Source: Gemmatimonadota bacterium (GTDB lineage: Bacteria; Gemmatimonadota; Gemmatimonadetes; Gemmatimonadales; GWC2-71-9). Taken from it: 64,000 nt of DNA. The stretch is taken from NCBI GenBank assembly GCA_036679605.1, contig JAZDCZ010000386.1, positions 66,311-130,310 of the forward strand, given 5' to 3'. The translations under genes and the position numbers were made by a program. Shown here one piece after another: positions 45,549 through 57,026 of this stretch (positions are counted from its first letter, which is position 1; each line of letters opens with the position of its first letter). Under the pieces are notes generated by a model, which had not been told where the DNA came from, did no database searches, and saw only the letters and a list, made by a program, of their open reading frames with translations.

Positions 45549-48500
45549 CATAGAGAAGATCCTCCTGATCGGTTCGGGTCCGATAGTGATCGGGCAGGCA
45601 GCCGAATTCGACTATTCCGGCACGCAGGCCGTGACCGCGCTAAAGGAAGAGGGCTACCAGGTAGTTCTCGTCAACTCCAATCCCGCGACGATCATGACCG
45701 ATCCGGAATTCGCCCATCGAACCTACATCGAGCCTGTCACTCCGGAGTGGGTCGCCAAAGTCATCGAGAAGGAGCAGCCGGACGCGCTGCTGCCGACTAT
45801 GGGCGGGCAAACCGCTCTGAACGTGGCTATGGAGCTGACCCGTGACGGTACGCTCGAGAAATTCGGCGTGGAATTGATCGGTGCGGACGAACGAGCGATT
45901 CGAATGGCGGAAGATCGGCAGGAGTTTGCGGCAGCCATGGAGCGGATTGGACTCGCCGTTCCGAGGGGTTCGGTAGTCGGTTCGTTCGAGCAGGCGATGG
46001 AAGTTGTCGGCGACATTGGATATCCGGCGATTCTTCGACCTTCATTCACATTGGCGGGGACGGGCGGCGGTGTGGCGTACAACCGGGAGGAATACGAGAA
46101 GCTGGTCCGAAGAGCGCTCGATCTTTCCCCTGTGGGCTCGACACTCATTGAACGGTCAGTGTTGGGATGGAAGGAGTTCGAACTCGAGGTCATGCGCGAC
46201 TGCGTTGACAACGTCGTGATCGTATGCTCTATCGAGAACTTCGACCCCATGGGCGTTCATACCGGTGACTCGATTACCGTGGCGCCCGCGATGACCTTGA
46301 CCGATCGTGAATACCAGGTGATGCGCGACGCCGCGATCGCAATCATTCGGGAGATCGGTGTGACGGCGGGCGGGTGCAACATCCAGTTTGCGGTGAGTCC
46401 GACCACGGGTGAGATGCTGGTAATTGAAATGAATCCTCGTGCGTCCCGATCGTCGGCTTTAGCGTCGAAGGCCACCGGTTTTCCCATAGCGAGCATAGGT
46501 ACGAAGGTCGCCGTAGGATACACGCTCGACGAACTGCCGAATGCCATCACCAAGTCGACACCGGCATCGTTTGAACCAGTGCTTGACTATGTGGTCGTAA
46601 AGTTTCCTCGGTTCGCGTTTGAGAAATTTCCCGACGCCGACAATACTCTCAACACCCAGATGAAAGCGGTGGGAGAGTCGATGGCCATTGGGCGCACGTT
46701 CAGGGAGGCGTTCCAGAAGGGCTTGCGCGCCCTCGAGATCGATCGACCAGGGTGGGTTGCCGGGGCGAATCTCTCCGATGATGGGCTCGATTCGGACGAC
46801 CTCGATGCTTTGAGACTGGCGATCCGTCGGCCCACCGCCGAGCGGATCTTTCAGATCAAAAGGGCGATGTACCGTGGGCTCACCGCCGAAGCGATCGCGG
46901 CTCTGACGGGAATTGACGCCTGGTTCTTGAGTCAACTCGCCGAACTGGTCGATGCCGAACGCGAGTTTATCTCGCTGGGTGAACTCGACCCCTTGTCAAT
47001 TCGCGATATGAAGCGGCAAGGATTCTCTGATCGACAACTTGCCGAACTACGCGGCATGAATGAGGAAGATCTGCGTGAACTTCGGTGGGGAATGGAGATC
47101 CATCCTTGCTTCAAGGTAGTAGATACCTGCGCCGGCGAGTTTCCCGCGGCGACACCCTATTTCTACTCGACCTACGATGATGAGAATGAATCGGAACCTA
47201 TCGGATCTGAAGGAGTGGTCATTCTGGGCAGCGGCCCCAACCGAATAGGCCAGGGTGTGGAGTTCGACTACTGTTGCGTTCGTGCGGGCCTGGCTTTTCG
47301 GGAGCTAGGGTACAAGACCATAATGATCAATTCCAATCCCGAAACGGTCTCTACTGATTTCGATATCTCCGACAAGCTCTACTTTGAGCCACTGACGTTG
47401 GAGGACGTCCTAGAGATCGTCCGGCTCGAGCGGCCCAAGGGTGTAGTAGTTCAACTGGGCGGTCAAACTCCACTCAAGTTGACCAAGGACTTGGAGAAGC
47501 ATGGAGTAGCCGTTCTGGGAACGAGTCCCGATGCGATCGACATCGCGGAGGATCGTCGTCGGTTCGCGGCGATCGCCCGAAAACTCGAAGTAGCTCAGCC
47601 TCCCAACGGTATGGCTATGAGTGTAGACGATGCGGTGAAGGCCGCGACGAAGGTCGGATACCCGGTGCTGATGCGGCCATCCTACGTGCTTGGTGGGCGA
47701 GCCATGGAAATAGCTTACGACGAGCATGCTCTGCGCAGCTACTTCGAGCGGGCCGCACGTGTCTCTCCCGATCATCCGGTTTTGATTGACAGATTTCTCG
47801 AGGACGCATTCGAAGCCGATGTCGATGCCGTGTGCGACGGAGAACGTTGCTTTATCGGGGGAGTAATGCAGCACATCGAGGATGCGGGGATCCATTCGGG
47901 CGACTCCGCGTGCGTGCTGCCGTCATATCTGATTGACGCACCGGCTGTCGACGAGATGCGTCGCCATACCAGGGCGTTTGCGAGAGCGCTCGGCGTCATC
48001 GGCCTCATGAACGTTCAGTATGCCGTCAAGGACGGCGTCGTATACGTTCTGGAAGTGAACCCACGAGGGTCGCGTACCGTACCGTTCGTGAGCAAGGCTA
48101 CGGGTATCCCACTAGCTGCGCTTGCGTCGGCGGTGATGGTGGGTAAGTCCCTCGATGATCTCGGTGTCCGGGAGGAGCCGTCGCTTCCCTACGTAGCGGT
48201 CAAAGAGGCTGTGTTCCCATTCGACAAACTCACCGGAGTGGATCCCCTGCTTGGCCCGGAGATGCGTTCGACTGGTGAAGTGATGGGCATCGCAGAGACC
48301 TTTGGGATGTCGTTTGCCAAGGCTCAGATTGGTGCACAGGGACAGTTGCCGCTTTCCGGCTCGGTGATGGTGACTGTGAACGACAACGACAAGCCTACCG
48401 TGCGTCCGATCGTGCAGCGTCTGGCCGAGCTGGGATTCAAAGTGTGGGCCACCGCCGGCACCGCTCGATATCTTACCGCCGGTGGTATCCCGGTAGAGGA

Positions 48501-48810
48501 AGTATTGAAGATCCACGAGGGTCGACCCAACGCAAAGGACCTGATCCTATCGGGCGCGGTTCACCTGCTTATCAACACCCCGTTGGGCAAGCTCACGCAG
48601 CGCGATGACTACGATATCCGGCGAACGGCGCTGACACGTCGGCTACCCTACTGCACAACAGTGTCGGCAGCCAAGGCAGCGTGCGATGCGATCTTTGCGC
48701 TGAGAAATCAGGAGGCAACCGTGCGCTGTCTTCAGGAGTGGTACGAAATAGCCAGAAGAGAGAGTAGTCGAATCGGCGCGAGCCGTGCCGTCGCCGCTGA
48801 CATCGGCTAG
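45532..48810 (+). CDS. carB: Carbamoyl-phosphate synthase large subunit
   Basis: [32 protein letters not shown] begins the protein, with duplicated ATP-grasp halves and a C-terminal MGS-like domain. GTG 45532 overlaps rmd by 17 nt; the track gives 45472. No carA is in the window. Confidence 0.93.
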   Translation: MPKRTDIEKILLIGSGPIVIGQAAEFDYSGTQAVTALKEEGYQVVLVNSNPATIMTDPEFAHRTYIEPVTPEWVAKVIEKEQPDALLPTMGGQTALNVAMELTRDGTLEKFGVELIGADERAIRMAEDRQEFAAAMERIGLAVPRGSVVGSFEQAMEVVGDIGYPAILRPSFTLAGTGGGVAYNREEYEKLVRRALDLSPVGSTLIERSVLGWKEFELEVMRDCVDNVVIVCSIENFDPMGVHTGDSITVAPAMTLTDREYQVMRDAAIAIIREIGVTAGGCNIQFAVSPTTGEMLVIEMNPRASRSSALASKATGFPIASIGTKVAVGYTLDELPNAITKSTPASFEPVLDYVVVKFPRFAFEKFPDADNTLNTQMKAVGESMAIGRTFREAFQKGLRALEIDRPGWVAGANLSDDGLDSDDLDALRLAIRRPTAERIFQIKRAMYRGLTAEAIAALTGIDAWFLSQLAELVDAEREFISLGELDPLSIRDMKRQGFSDRQLAELRGMNEEDLRELRWGMEIHPCFKVVDTCAGEFPAATPYFYSTYDDENESEPIGSEGVVILGSGPNRIGQGVEFDYCCVRAGLAFRELGYKTIMINSNPETVSTDFDISDKLYFEPLTLEDVLEIVRLERPKGVVVQLGGQTPLKLTKDLEKHGVAVLGTSPDAIDIAEDRRRFAAIARKLEVAQPPNGMAMSVDDAVKAATKVGYPVLMRPSYVLGGRAMEIAYDEHALRSYFERAARVSPDHPVLIDRFLEDAFEADVDAVCDGERCFIGGVMQHIEDAGIHSGDSACVLPSYLIDAPAVDEMRRHTRAFARALGVIGLMNVQYAVKDGVVYVLEVNPRGSRTVPFVSKATGIPLAALASAVMVGKSLDDLGVREEPSLPYVAVKEAVFPFDKLTGVDPLLGPEMRSTGEVMGIAETFGMSFAKAQIGAQGQLPLSGSVMVTVNDNDKPTVRPIVQRLAELGFKVWATAGTARYLTAGGIPVEEVLKIHEGRPNAKDLILSGAVHLLINTPLGKLTQRDDYDIRRTALTRRLPYCTTVSAAKAACDAIFALRNQEATVRCLQEWYEIARRESSRIGASRAVAADIG

Positions 48811-49739
48811 TGAATGCCTCTCTGCTAGACGAGCTGGCGTCCCGAGTACAGGGTCAGGTAACGTTTGGGGCGCGGCTCGCGGGGTACACAACATTCAGAA
48901 TAGGGGGCCCCGCGACAGCAGTGGTGTCACCCGACTCGACCCAAGACGTTGTAGAGGTAGTGCGGCTTTGCTCTCAATCGGGTACTTCTTGGCTACCGCT
49001 CGGGCTGGGCTCGAACGTGCTGGTGGCCGACGGCGGTTTTGACGGTGTTGTGATTCACATGGGCCAAGGGATGGCTTCGATCGATCGGGCTGGTGATGGT
49101 AGGGAGTGGCGCGTCGGCGCCGGTCTGCCAACCCCTCGACTTGCTCGACGTACTGCCAAGGCCGGGCTCAATGGTATTCAGAAATTGATCGGCGTTCCAG
49201 GAACGGTTGGTGGAGGAGTAGCGATGAACGCCGGTGCACACGGACAGGATTTTTCGCAAACCGTACGCAGCGTCGAGTTAGTCGAAGCCGACGGCACGGT
49301 GCGGGAAGTCTCCACGGAAGATATTGCGTGGCGCTATAGGAACAGCGGCATCAGTGGAGCGATGGTGACACGTGCGACATTCGAGTTTTGTTCGGCGGAT
49401 AGTGCGGAAATGGAACGAGATATAAAGCGACACTTCAAGTGGCGTCGTAGGGGCACTCCGTTTGACCAGCCGTGTTGTGGGTCGGTCTTCCAAAATCCGG
49501 CTTCGGATGAAGCTGCGAGGCGGTCGGCCACTCGCACAGCCGGTCGGTGCGTCGACGCAGTGGGGCTCAAGGGCTTCCGCGTCGGTGGCGCTCAGGTGTC
49601 GCAGAAGCATGCGAACTACATTGTGAACATCGGCGGAGCTACTGCCGATGACGTGAAGGCGGTGATCGACGCCATGCGGGAGAAAGTGCTTACGGAACTG
49701 GGTATCGAACTCCAGTTGGAAGTGAAACTAATCGGATAG
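48810..49739 (+). CDS. murB: UDP-N-acetylenolpyruvoylglucosamine reductase
   Basis: The FAD-binding region is TTFRIGGPA...LPLGLGSNVLV, and the C-terminus has GSVFQNP...GGAQVSQKHANYIVN. The GTG start shares 1 nt with the carB stop. Confidence 0.9.
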   Translation: MNASLLDELASRVQGQVTFGARLAGYTTFRIGGPATAVVSPDSTQDVVEVVRLCSQSGTSWLPLGLGSNVLVADGGFDGVVIHMGQGMASIDRAGDGREWRVGAGLPTPRLARRTAKAGLNGIQKLIGVPGTVGGGVAMNAGAHGQDFSQTVRSVELVEADGTVREVSTEDIAWRYRNSGISGAMVTRATFEFCSADSAEMERDIKRHFKWRRRGTPFDQPCCGSVFQNPASDEAARRSATRTAGRCVDAVGLKGFRVGGAQVSQKHANYIVNIGGATADDVKAVIDAMREKVLTELGIELQLEVKLIG

Positions 49740-49755
49740 TAACCAGGTGTGATGA

Positions 49756-50346
49756 GTGTCTGACTATTTCGTGCATGAAAGCTCCTATGTGGATGATGGA
49801 GCCGACGTTGGTGAGGGAACCAAGATCTGGCATTTCTCTCATGTCATGACGGGGGCGCGCGTTGGCCGAAACTGCAATCTCGGTCAAAACGTTGTAGTGA
49901 TGCCGCGGGTCACGATTGGAGACAACGTAAAGATTCAGAACAACGTGTCGGTTTATGAGGGGGTGGTCTTGGAGGATGACGTTTTCTGTGGGCCGTCTTG
50001 TGTTTTTACGAACGTAGGCACGCCGCGAGCCAACGTTTCGCGCAAAGGCGAGTACGAGAAAACGCTAGTTCGACGGGGCGCTTCGATCGGCGCCAACGCC
50101 ACAGTGATATGTGGTACGGAGCTAGGTGAGTTTTCTTTTGTGGGAGCGGGAGCTGTCGTAACGGCCGACGTTGCTGCACACGCTCTGATGCTCGGAGTGC
50201 CTGCCAGACGGGTAGGTTGGATGTGCCGCTGTGGTGACCGATTGCACGTGGTCGACGGAACAGGGAAGTGTGAGCGCTGCGGGCTCTGGTACCGTGAGGA
50301 AGGCGGAAGCCTCCATCCGATTGACCACCCTCCTGAAGTCGCGTAA
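49756..50346 (+). CDS. Left-handed beta-helix (hexapeptide) N-acetyltransferase, WbpD/WlbB-like
   Basis: The protein begins YFVHESSYVDDGADVGEGTKIWHFSHVM with hexapeptide repeats. It sits next to DegT and Gfo/Idh/MocA genes. Confidence 0.8.
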   Translation: MSDYFVHESSYVDDGADVGEGTKIWHFSHVMTGARVGRNCNLGQNVVVMPRVTIGDNVKIQNNVSVYEGVVLEDDVFCGPSCVFTNVGTPRANVSRKGEYEKTLVRRGASIGANATVICGTELGEFSFVGAGAVVTADVAAHALMLGVPARRVGWMCRCGDRLHVVDGTGKCERCGLWYREEGGSLHPIDHPPEVA

Positions 50347-50376
50347 GTTTGTACGCTTTCAAGACTTGGACATAAT

Positions 50377-51492
50377 GTGAAGATTCCGCTGCTGGACCTG
50401 CAGGCCCAGTTTGAGACCATAGAGAATGATGTCTTGCCGGCTGTGTTGCGGGTTGCAAAGAGCCAACATTTCATCATGGGTGAGCTGGTTGAGAGGTTGG
50501 AGGTAGCCATAGCGGAGTTGGCTGGAGTGTCACACGGCATAGCCTGCGCCAGCGGTACCGATGCTCTCCTGCTATCACTCAAGGCTCTCCGGCTGAAACC
50601 CGGCGACGAGGTCATCACAACCCCGTTCACCTTTTTTGCCACGGCTGGGGCCATCTGCAATGCGGGCGGCCACCCGGTTTTTGTCGACGTTAAACGGGAT
50701 ACGTTCAATATCGATGTCGAGCAAGTTGCTGCCGCTGTCACCGAGCGAACCCGTGCCATAGTCCCCGTCCATCTGTTTGGTCAGATGGCGGAGATGGATA
50801 ATCTTCTCGAACTGGCCGCGCGCCACGACTTGGACATTATCGAGGACGCAGCACAGGCTATCGGAGCTAGTAGACTGATAGGCGGCGAGTGGCGAGCGGC
50901 TGGTGAACTGGGTACTACTGGAGCGTTTTCGTTCTTCCCGAGCAAGAATTTGGGCTGCTGGGGAGATGGCGGCATGATTGTGACTAGCGATCCCGAACTG
51001 GCTGCGTGTTTGCGAAAACTGAGAACGCACGGAGGTGCAAAGCAGTACCACCATGAGGAGGTTGGGATAAACAGTCGTTTAGATGCAATTCAGGCCGCGG
51101 TGCTCCTTGTCAAGTTGCCGCACTTGGCCGCATGGACAGAGGTGAGGCAGAAGAATGCCGATCGATATTCTCAGTTGCTGCAGGATGTGGATGCTGTTGA
51201 ATGTCCTCCCACCGATCCGGCGAATCGGCATGTATACCACCAGTACACGGTTCGGGCCGAGCGGAGAGACGAGTTGAAGGAACATCTGGCCGAATCAGGG
51301 ATTGGCTCTGCGGTATACTATCCACGTGCGCTGCACATGCAGCCGTGCTTCGCTGACCTCGGCTACGTGAAGGGGCAATTCGAAATCTCGGAACGCGCGT
51401 GTGACGAAGTGCTATCGCTTCCGATTTATCCGGAACTGACGCAGCAGGATCAAGAAACCGTTGTAGATGCGGTGAGGGAATTTTACCAGTGA
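50377..51492 (+). CDS. DegT/DnrJ/EryC1/StrS-family PLP aminotransferase, WbpE-like
   Basis: EVITTPFTFFAT and FSFFPSKNLG (PLP Lys) are present, with a YHQYT-type block. Confidence 0.85.
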   Translation: MKIPLLDLQAQFETIENDVLPAVLRVAKSQHFIMGELVERLEVAIAELAGVSHGIACASGTDALLLSLKALRLKPGDEVITTPFTFFATAGAICNAGGHPVFVDVKRDTFNIDVEQVAAAVTERTRAIVPVHLFGQMAEMDNLLELAARHDLDIIEDAAQAIGASRLIGGEWRAAGELGTTGAFSFFPSKNLGCWGDGGMIVTSDPELAACLRKLRTHGGAKQYHHEEVGINSRLDAIQAAVLLVKLPHLAAWTEVRQKNADRYSQLLQDVDAVECPPTDPANRHVYHQYTVRAERRDELKEHLAESGIGSAVYYPRALHMQPCFADLGYVKGQFEISERACDEVLSLPIYPELTQQDQETVVDAVREFYQ

Positions 51493-52517
51493 CGCGGTTG
51501 TCTATTGCGGTTGTGGGTGCGGGTAGTTGGGGGCGAAACCACGTTCGCACTCTGGCGTCACTAGCCGAGGTGCAACTATCCGCAATTTGCGACACTAGTG
51601 AACAGTGCCGCGCGTCAATGCAAAAGTCCTACCCAGCTGTGAGGGTAACCGCAGACTTTGACGAGGCGCTGGATTGCTCTCAAGCCGTGGTAATAGCGAC
51701 GCCCGCTGGTGCCCATGCAGATCTCGCGCTGAGGGCAATTGAGAGGGGAATTCCGATATTGGTTGAGAAGCCTTTCGCGCTGTCGGTAGTTGAGGCGGAG
51801 GCGATTGCCGAACTAGCTGCCAAGAACGACGTTCCCGTTGTTGTCGGCCATCTCTTGTTGTTTCACCCGGCGATCACAATACTCAAACAATTGATTGATG
51901 CAGGAGATGTCGGTGACATCCTATACCTTTACAGCCAGAGAGTGAATCTAGGCCAAGTTCGTCCTGATGAAAACGCGCTGTGGAGCTTCGGCCCGCACGA
52001 TGTTTCGGTGGCATTGGACTTGCTCGGTACCGAGCCTTCGCGAGTACGGGCGCTGGGAAAGAGTTATCTGCAGCCGGGCATAGAAGATGTCGTTTTCATG
52101 ACCATGGAGTTTGCGTCTGGAGCGATGGCACACGTCCAGATGTCGTGGCTTGATCCCCACAAGGAAAGGCGACTCACAGTGGTGGGTTCGGAGAAGATGG
52201 TTGAATTTGACGACATGGAAGTTCGAGACAAGTTGAAGATTTACGATCGAGGCGTCGACCGTCCGCCCGAGTACGCATCATACGGAGAGAGCCTTTCGGT
52301 TCGCGAAGGCGATATCTGGATACCGCGTGTGCCCAACGTCGAACCTTTGGCGGAGCAATTGCGGCACTTCGTGTCAGTGGTGCGCCGCGAAGCCGAACCC
52401 CGAGTTTCTGCCGATAGCGGAGTGTCGGTAGTACGCGTCTTAGAGGCTGCATCGCAATCGCTTGCAGCAGATGGTTCGGCGGTGGAAATCGTGGCTACCG
52501 GAACAAGGCAGGCTTAA
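51489..52517 (+). CDS. Gfo/Idh/MocA-family oxidoreductase, WbpB-like
   Basis: The Rossmann N-terminus is IAVVGAGSWGRNH, followed by EKPFALS. It overlaps the upstream stop by 4 nt. Confidence 0.8.
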   Translation: MTRLSIAVVGAGSWGRNHVRTLASLAEVQLSAICDTSEQCRASMQKSYPAVRVTADFDEALDCSQAVVIATPAGAHADLALRAIERGIPILVEKPFALSVVEAEAIAELAAKNDVPVVVGHLLLFHPAITILKQLIDAGDVGDILYLYSQRVNLGQVRPDENALWSFGPHDVSVALDLLGTEPSRVRALGKSYLQPGIEDVVFMTMEFASGAMAHVQMSWLDPHKERRLTVVGSEKMVEFDDMEVRDKLKIYDRGVDRPPEYASYGESLSVREGDIWIPRVPNVEPLAEQLRHFVSVVRREAEPRVSADSGVSVVRVLEAASQSLAADGSAVEIVATGTRQA

Positions 52518-53810
52518 GTGCAACCAAAAGCTCAACTCATCGCGAAAGCTAAGGACAAATCTGCAGTCTTCGGTGTTATCGGTCTCGGATATGTGGGTTT
52601 GCCGCTCGCGATAGAACTCGGCAAGACCGGATACCAGGTGATCGGGTTTGACTTAAGCAACGAAGTGGTTGATGGAGTGAACGCGGGGCGGTCTCACATT
52701 CGAGATGTGCCGGCCGAACAGCTGTCGACTCTCGTGTCTGCCGGACTCATTACTGCAACGAGTGACATGGGCCGTCTGGGTCAAGTCGACGCGATATGTA
52801 TTTGTGTGCCGACTCCGTTGTCCAAGACCAAAGACCCCGACGTTTCCTACGTGATTGCAGCAGCAGATGCTGTTGCTACATCGGTGAGGTCGGGACAAGT
52901 GATCATCCTCGAGAGCACGACGTATCCGGGCACCACGCGGGAGCTTCTGCTGCCAGGCATAACCGCGCGCGGGCTAGAAATTGGGAAGGATGCGTTTCTC
53001 GCGTTCAGCCCGGAGCGGGTGGACCCGGGCAATCCTACATGGCGCACGCGCAATACGCCGAAGGTGATCGGTGGGCTAACCGACGATTGCCTCGATGTTG
53101 TCCTCGCGCTGTATGAGCCTGTCTTCGACTCGCTGGTACCCGTCTCATCGCCTGAAGCGGCAGAATTGGTCAAGCTGTTGGAGAACACATTCCGCAGCAT
53201 AAATATTGGATTGGCCAACGAAATGGCCATAGTGTGCGACAAGCTCGGTGTCGATGTGTGGGAGGTCATTGAGGCGGCTGCCACTAAACCGTTCGGTTTC
53301 ATGAAATTCACTCCGGGGCCGGGCTTAGGTGGTCACTGCATTCCTATTGACCCGCACTATCTCTCCTGGAAAATGCGAGGCCTCAACTACAAGACGCGCT
53401 TCATAGATGTGGCAGGTGAAGTCAATTCGGAAATGCCCGCCTTCTGGGTTAGAAAGATCGCCGAACGGCTGAATGAAGACGAGAAGGCGCTGCGCGGCTC
53501 CAGAATTCTGGTAGTGGGATTGAGCTACAAGCCGGATATCGACGACGTTCGGGAAAGCCCGTCGTTGGACATAATTCGTCTATTGAGCCAGCAAGGCGCC
53601 GACGTGGTTTACCACGATCCCTACGTGCCCGAGCCTCCTGATGGAGACTTGTCGCTCCAACCTATTGCGTTCACAGAAGAAGAGATAAGAAAGGCGGATT
53701 GTGTGGTGATAGCGACAGATCATTCGTGCCTGGATTACGAGATGCTAGGTGCCAACGCGCGGCAGATCGTGGACACCAGGAACGCGATGAAACGGGTAGG
53801 GCGCAAATGA
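52518..53810 (+). CDS. UDP-N-acetyl-D-amino-sugar 6-dehydrogenase (WbpA/WecC-like nucleotide-sugar dehydrogenase)
   Basis: GVIGLGYVGLPLA, ICVPTPL, the catalytic Cys in GGHCIPIDP, and DVRESP are present. Confidence 0.85.
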   Translation: MQPKAQLIAKAKDKSAVFGVIGLGYVGLPLAIELGKTGYQVIGFDLSNEVVDGVNAGRSHIRDVPAEQLSTLVSAGLITATSDMGRLGQVDAICICVPTPLSKTKDPDVSYVIAAADAVATSVRSGQVIILESTTYPGTTRELLLPGITARGLEIGKDAFLAFSPERVDPGNPTWRTRNTPKVIGGLTDDCLDVVLALYEPVFDSLVPVSSPEAAELVKLLENTFRSINIGLANEMAIVCDKLGVDVWEVIEAAATKPFGFMKFTPGPGLGGHCIPIDPHYLSWKMRGLNYKTRFIDVAGEVNSEMPAFWVRKIAERLNEDEKALRGSRILVVGLSYKPDIDDVRESPSLDIIRLLSQQGADVVYHDPYVPEPPDGDLSLQPIAFTEEEIRKADCVVIATDHSCLDYEMLGANARQIVDTRNAMKRVGRK

Positions 53811-55117
53811 AGGTTGCGGTCATTGGAACCGGCTACGTCGGCTTAGTCGTCGGGGCTTGTTTGGCGGAAGCGGGGAACGACGTTATCTGCGCGGACGTGG
53901 ACGAAAACAAGATAAACCGGCTCAAGGAGAACAACATACCCATCTATGAGCCGGGCCTGGAGGCTTTGGTTGTTAAGAATCAAGCGGCGGGCCGGTTAGA
54001 GTTTACAACCGACGTCGGAACCGCAGTAGAGCGATCTAGTGTGGTGGCTATCGCGGTCGGAACTCCTCCAGACGAGGACGGTTCGGCAGATCTGAGTCAT
54101 GTGCTTGATGCAGCGCGCACTATCGGTGACCACATGAACAACACCAAGATCGTGATGACAAAGAGCACGGTTCCTGTAGGAACCGCCGCTAAAGTCAGGG
54201 CCGCGATCGCCGAGCGCACCTCGCAAGAGTGCCACGTTTGTTCCAACCCCGAGTTCCTGAAAGAGGGCGCCGCCGTAGACGATTTCATGAAACCCAACAG
54301 GGTAATAGTCGGAGTAGACTCAGACGAAGCGGCAGCCGTAATGGGCGAGTTGTACGAGCCATTTGTACGCACGGGGAATCCCATCCTCTTCATGGATCCG
54401 ACGTCGGCAGAGCTGGCTAAATACGCGGCTAACGCCATGCTGGCCACGCGCATCTCGTTCATGAACCAAATGGCTTCGTTATGTGAAGAAGTGGGCGCGG
54501 ACGTGAACCTGATAAGGAAGGGTATGGGCAGCGACCCGCGGATCGGCCGTCACTTTCTTTTCCCCGGTCCTGGATATGGAGGATCATGCTTCCCCAAGGA
54601 TGTGAAAGCGCTCGTCAAGACGGGCGACGAACACGGTATTTCTCTGGACATCCTAAAGGCAGTGGAGGACGTCAACCAACGGCAGAAGCTGTGGCTATTC
54701 AATAAAGTGAGCGAGGCCATTGGCGGGAGCCTCGAGAAGTCGACGGTTGCCCTTTGGGGTCTCGCGTTCAAGGCCGAGACGGACGACATGCGGGAGAGCC
54801 CGGCCGTCGATCTCATTGACAGTCTGTTGAGTGCCGGTGCCAAGGTCCGGGTTCACGATCCCAAGGCCAACGGAACTGCGGAAGCAGTTTACGGCGACCG
54901 CATAGAGTATCTGTCCAGCGCTTACGATGCGTTGAAGGGCGCCGATGCCCTGGCAATAGTTACTGAGTGGATGGCATTCCGAAACCCGGATTTCGAGCGC
55001 GTCAAAGAACTGCTGAATCGACCCATCGTGGTTGATGCGCGCAATCTCTACAAGCCCAGCAGAATGAAGGCACTGGGATTCACCTACTTGAGTATTGGGA
55101 GGGCGGGCAGGGCATGA
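53807..55117 (+). CDS. ugd: UDP-glucose 6-dehydrogenase
   Basis: [38 protein letters not shown] and DDMRESPA are present. ATG 53807 overlaps the upstream stop; the track gives 53699. Confidence 0.9.
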   Translation: MKVAVIGTGYVGLVVGACLAEAGNDVICADVDENKINRLKENNIPIYEPGLEALVVKNQAAGRLEFTTDVGTAVERSSVVAIAVGTPPDEDGSADLSHVLDAARTIGDHMNNTKIVMTKSTVPVGTAAKVRAAIAERTSQECHVCSNPEFLKEGAAVDDFMKPNRVIVGVDSDEAAAVMGELYEPFVRTGNPILFMDPTSAELAKYAANAMLATRISFMNQMASLCEEVGADVNLIRKGMGSDPRIGRHFLFPGPGYGGSCFPKDVKALVKTGDEHGISLDILKAVEDVNQRQKLWLFNKVSEAIGGSLEKSTVALWGLAFKAETDDMRESPAVDLIDSLLSAGAKVRVHDPKANGTAEAVYGDRIEYLSSAYDALKGADALAIVTEWMAFRNPDFERVKELLNRPIVVDARNLYKPSRMKALGFTYLSIGRAGRA

Positions 55118-56046
55118 GGGTACTTGTGACGGGTGCAGCGGGATTCTTGGGCTCGCATCTCTGCGATCGGCTCCTGGCGGACGGCCACACGGTGATCGGA
55201 ATGGATAGTCTGCTCACCGGTTCCACCGACAACCTGGCACATCTGGAACGCGTGCCGGCATTCACACTTGTTAGACAAGACGTCAGTAGCTTTATCTCCA
55301 TCGGCGGGCCGGTCGATGCCGTGTTCCACTTTGCCTCGCCGGCCAGCCCAGTGGACTACCTCAAGATGCCGATCCAGACACTCAAGGTCGGGTCGCTCGG
55401 CACTCACAATGCGCTCGGGTTGGCCAAGGCGAAGGGCGCCCGCTTCTTCCTTGCCAGCACGTCCGAGGCTTACGGCGATCCGCAGGTACATCCGCAGCCC
55501 GAATCTTACTGGGGTCATGTGAATCCGGTCGGCCCGCGCGGCGTGTACGACGAAGCCAAACGGTTCGCCGAGGCTATGACCATGGCGTACCACCGCTACC
55601 ACGGAATCGATACCCGCATCGTCAGGATATTCAACACCTACGGACCGCGCATGAGGCCGGATGACGGCAGGGTGGTTTCCAATTTCATTGTCCAAGCGCT
55701 ACGAGGTGAGCCGCTAACGGTGTACGGTGACGGTTCGCAGACTCGTTCGTTCTGTTATGTGGATGACGAGGTTGAGGGGATCATGCGGTTATTCGAGCAC
55801 GGCAGCCATGAGCCCACCAATGTCGGGAATCCCAACGAATTTACGGTGGTGGAACTCGCCGACATCGTAGCAAGACTGACAGGATCAAACTCAAAGATCG
55901 AGTTCAAGCCTCTCCCAACCGACGACCCGAAAGTTCGCTGCCCAGATATTTCACGGGCGAAAGCCGAATTGAATTGGGAGCCCAAGATTCTCCTCGAAGA
56001 GGGTTTGCAGCGGACCATCCCATATTTTCGAGAGAAATTACAATGA
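55114..56046 (+). CDS. uxs: UDP-glucuronate decarboxylase (UDP-xylose synthase)
   Basis: [54 protein letters not shown] and [10 protein letters not shown] are diagnostic. Confidence 0.9.
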   Translation: MRVLVTGAAGFLGSHLCDRLLADGHTVIGMDSLLTGSTDNLAHLERVPAFTLVRQDVSSFISIGGPVDAVFHFASPASPVDYLKMPIQTLKVGSLGTHNALGLAKAKGARFFLASTSEAYGDPQVHPQPESYWGHVNPVGPRGVYDEAKRFAEAMTMAYHRYHGIDTRIVRIFNTYGPRMRPDDGRVVSNFIVQALRGEPLTVYGDGSQTRSFCYVDDEVEGIMRLFEHGSHEPTNVGNPNEFTVVELADIVARLTGSNSKIEFKPLPTDDPKVRCPDISRAKAELNWEPKILLEEGLQRTIPYFREKLQ

Positions 56047-57026
56047 CCGGGCGGGTGATGGTCACCGGTGCGGCTGGTTTCATCGGTGGGCACCTGTGTG
56101 ACGCCCTGCTACGTGCCGGCCTTGAGGTAACGGGGGTCGACAACTTCGATCCGTTCTACGACCGGAGTATCAAGAGTGACACGGTGAGTCGCCTTAGCTC
56201 AACATCATCGTTCACTTTTTGCGAGGCGGATATCCGGGACGGGGTGACCATGCTGGAGCAGGTTGCCGGGGCCGATGTCGTAGTTCATTTGGCTGCCAAG
56301 GCCGGTGTGCGGCCGAGTATCCAAGATCCCGCATCGTACACTTCGGTCAATGTCGATGGTACGGTGCAGCTTCTTGAGGCCTGCGTCCAGAATGGTGTTC
56401 GGAAATTCGTGTTCGGATCTTCTTCGTCGGTGTACGGCGACGATACGCCGGCTCCGTTTTCAGAAACCGTCCCCGCCATGGTTCCGATATCTCCCTACGC
56501 AGCCACGAAGAGGGCGGGAGAGTTAATGTGTGAAGTGTACGCCAGACTGCATGACCTCCGCATCGCTGCACTACGGTTTTTCACGGTTTACGGCCACCGA
56601 CAGAGACCCGACCTAGCGATTTACCGGTTTACCAAGTTGCTCGCTCAGGGCAGCCCGATAGAGAGATACGGCGATGGCTCGACCGAGCGTGACTACACTC
56701 ACATAGACGACATTGTAAAGGGGGTTGTTGCGGCCGTTGAGTGGACTGCCGCTAAGGAGTCCGGATACGAGATCTTCAACCTGGGCGAGTCACGCACAGT
56801 TAGGTTGGACTATCTGATCGAACTCATAGCTGGCTCCCTCGACGTGACTCCGAAGATTGAGCTATTGCCGATGCAGCCAGGCGATGTAAGACGAACGTTC
56901 GCAGATATATCTAAAGCCCGCCGAGTACTGGGCTATGATCCTAGTGTTACTATTGAACAGGGAATCCCAGATTTCGTAGACTGGTACAGGACGGTGTATG
57001 GACATAAGTCCCCATCGGTTGCTTGA
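56043..57026 (+). CDS. NAD-dependent epimerase, UDP-glucuronate 4-epimerase-like
   Basis: [49 protein letters not shown] and RFFTVYG are present. ATG 56043 overlaps the uxs stop. Confidence 0.8.
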   Translation: MTGRVMVTGAAGFIGGHLCDALLRAGLEVTGVDNFDPFYDRSIKSDTVSRLSSTSSFTFCEADIRDGVTMLEQVAGADVVVHLAAKAGVRPSIQDPASYTSVNVDGTVQLLEACVQNGVRKFVFGSSSSVYGDDTPAPFSETVPAMVPISPYAATKRAGELMCEVYARLHDLRIAALRFFTVYGHRQRPDLAIYRFTKLLAQGSPIERYGDGSTERDYTHIDDIVKGVVAAVEWTAAKESGYEIFNLGESRTVRLDYLIELIAGSLDVTPKIELLPMQPGDVRRTFADISKARRVLGYDPSVTIEQGIPDFVDWYRTVYGHKSPSVA

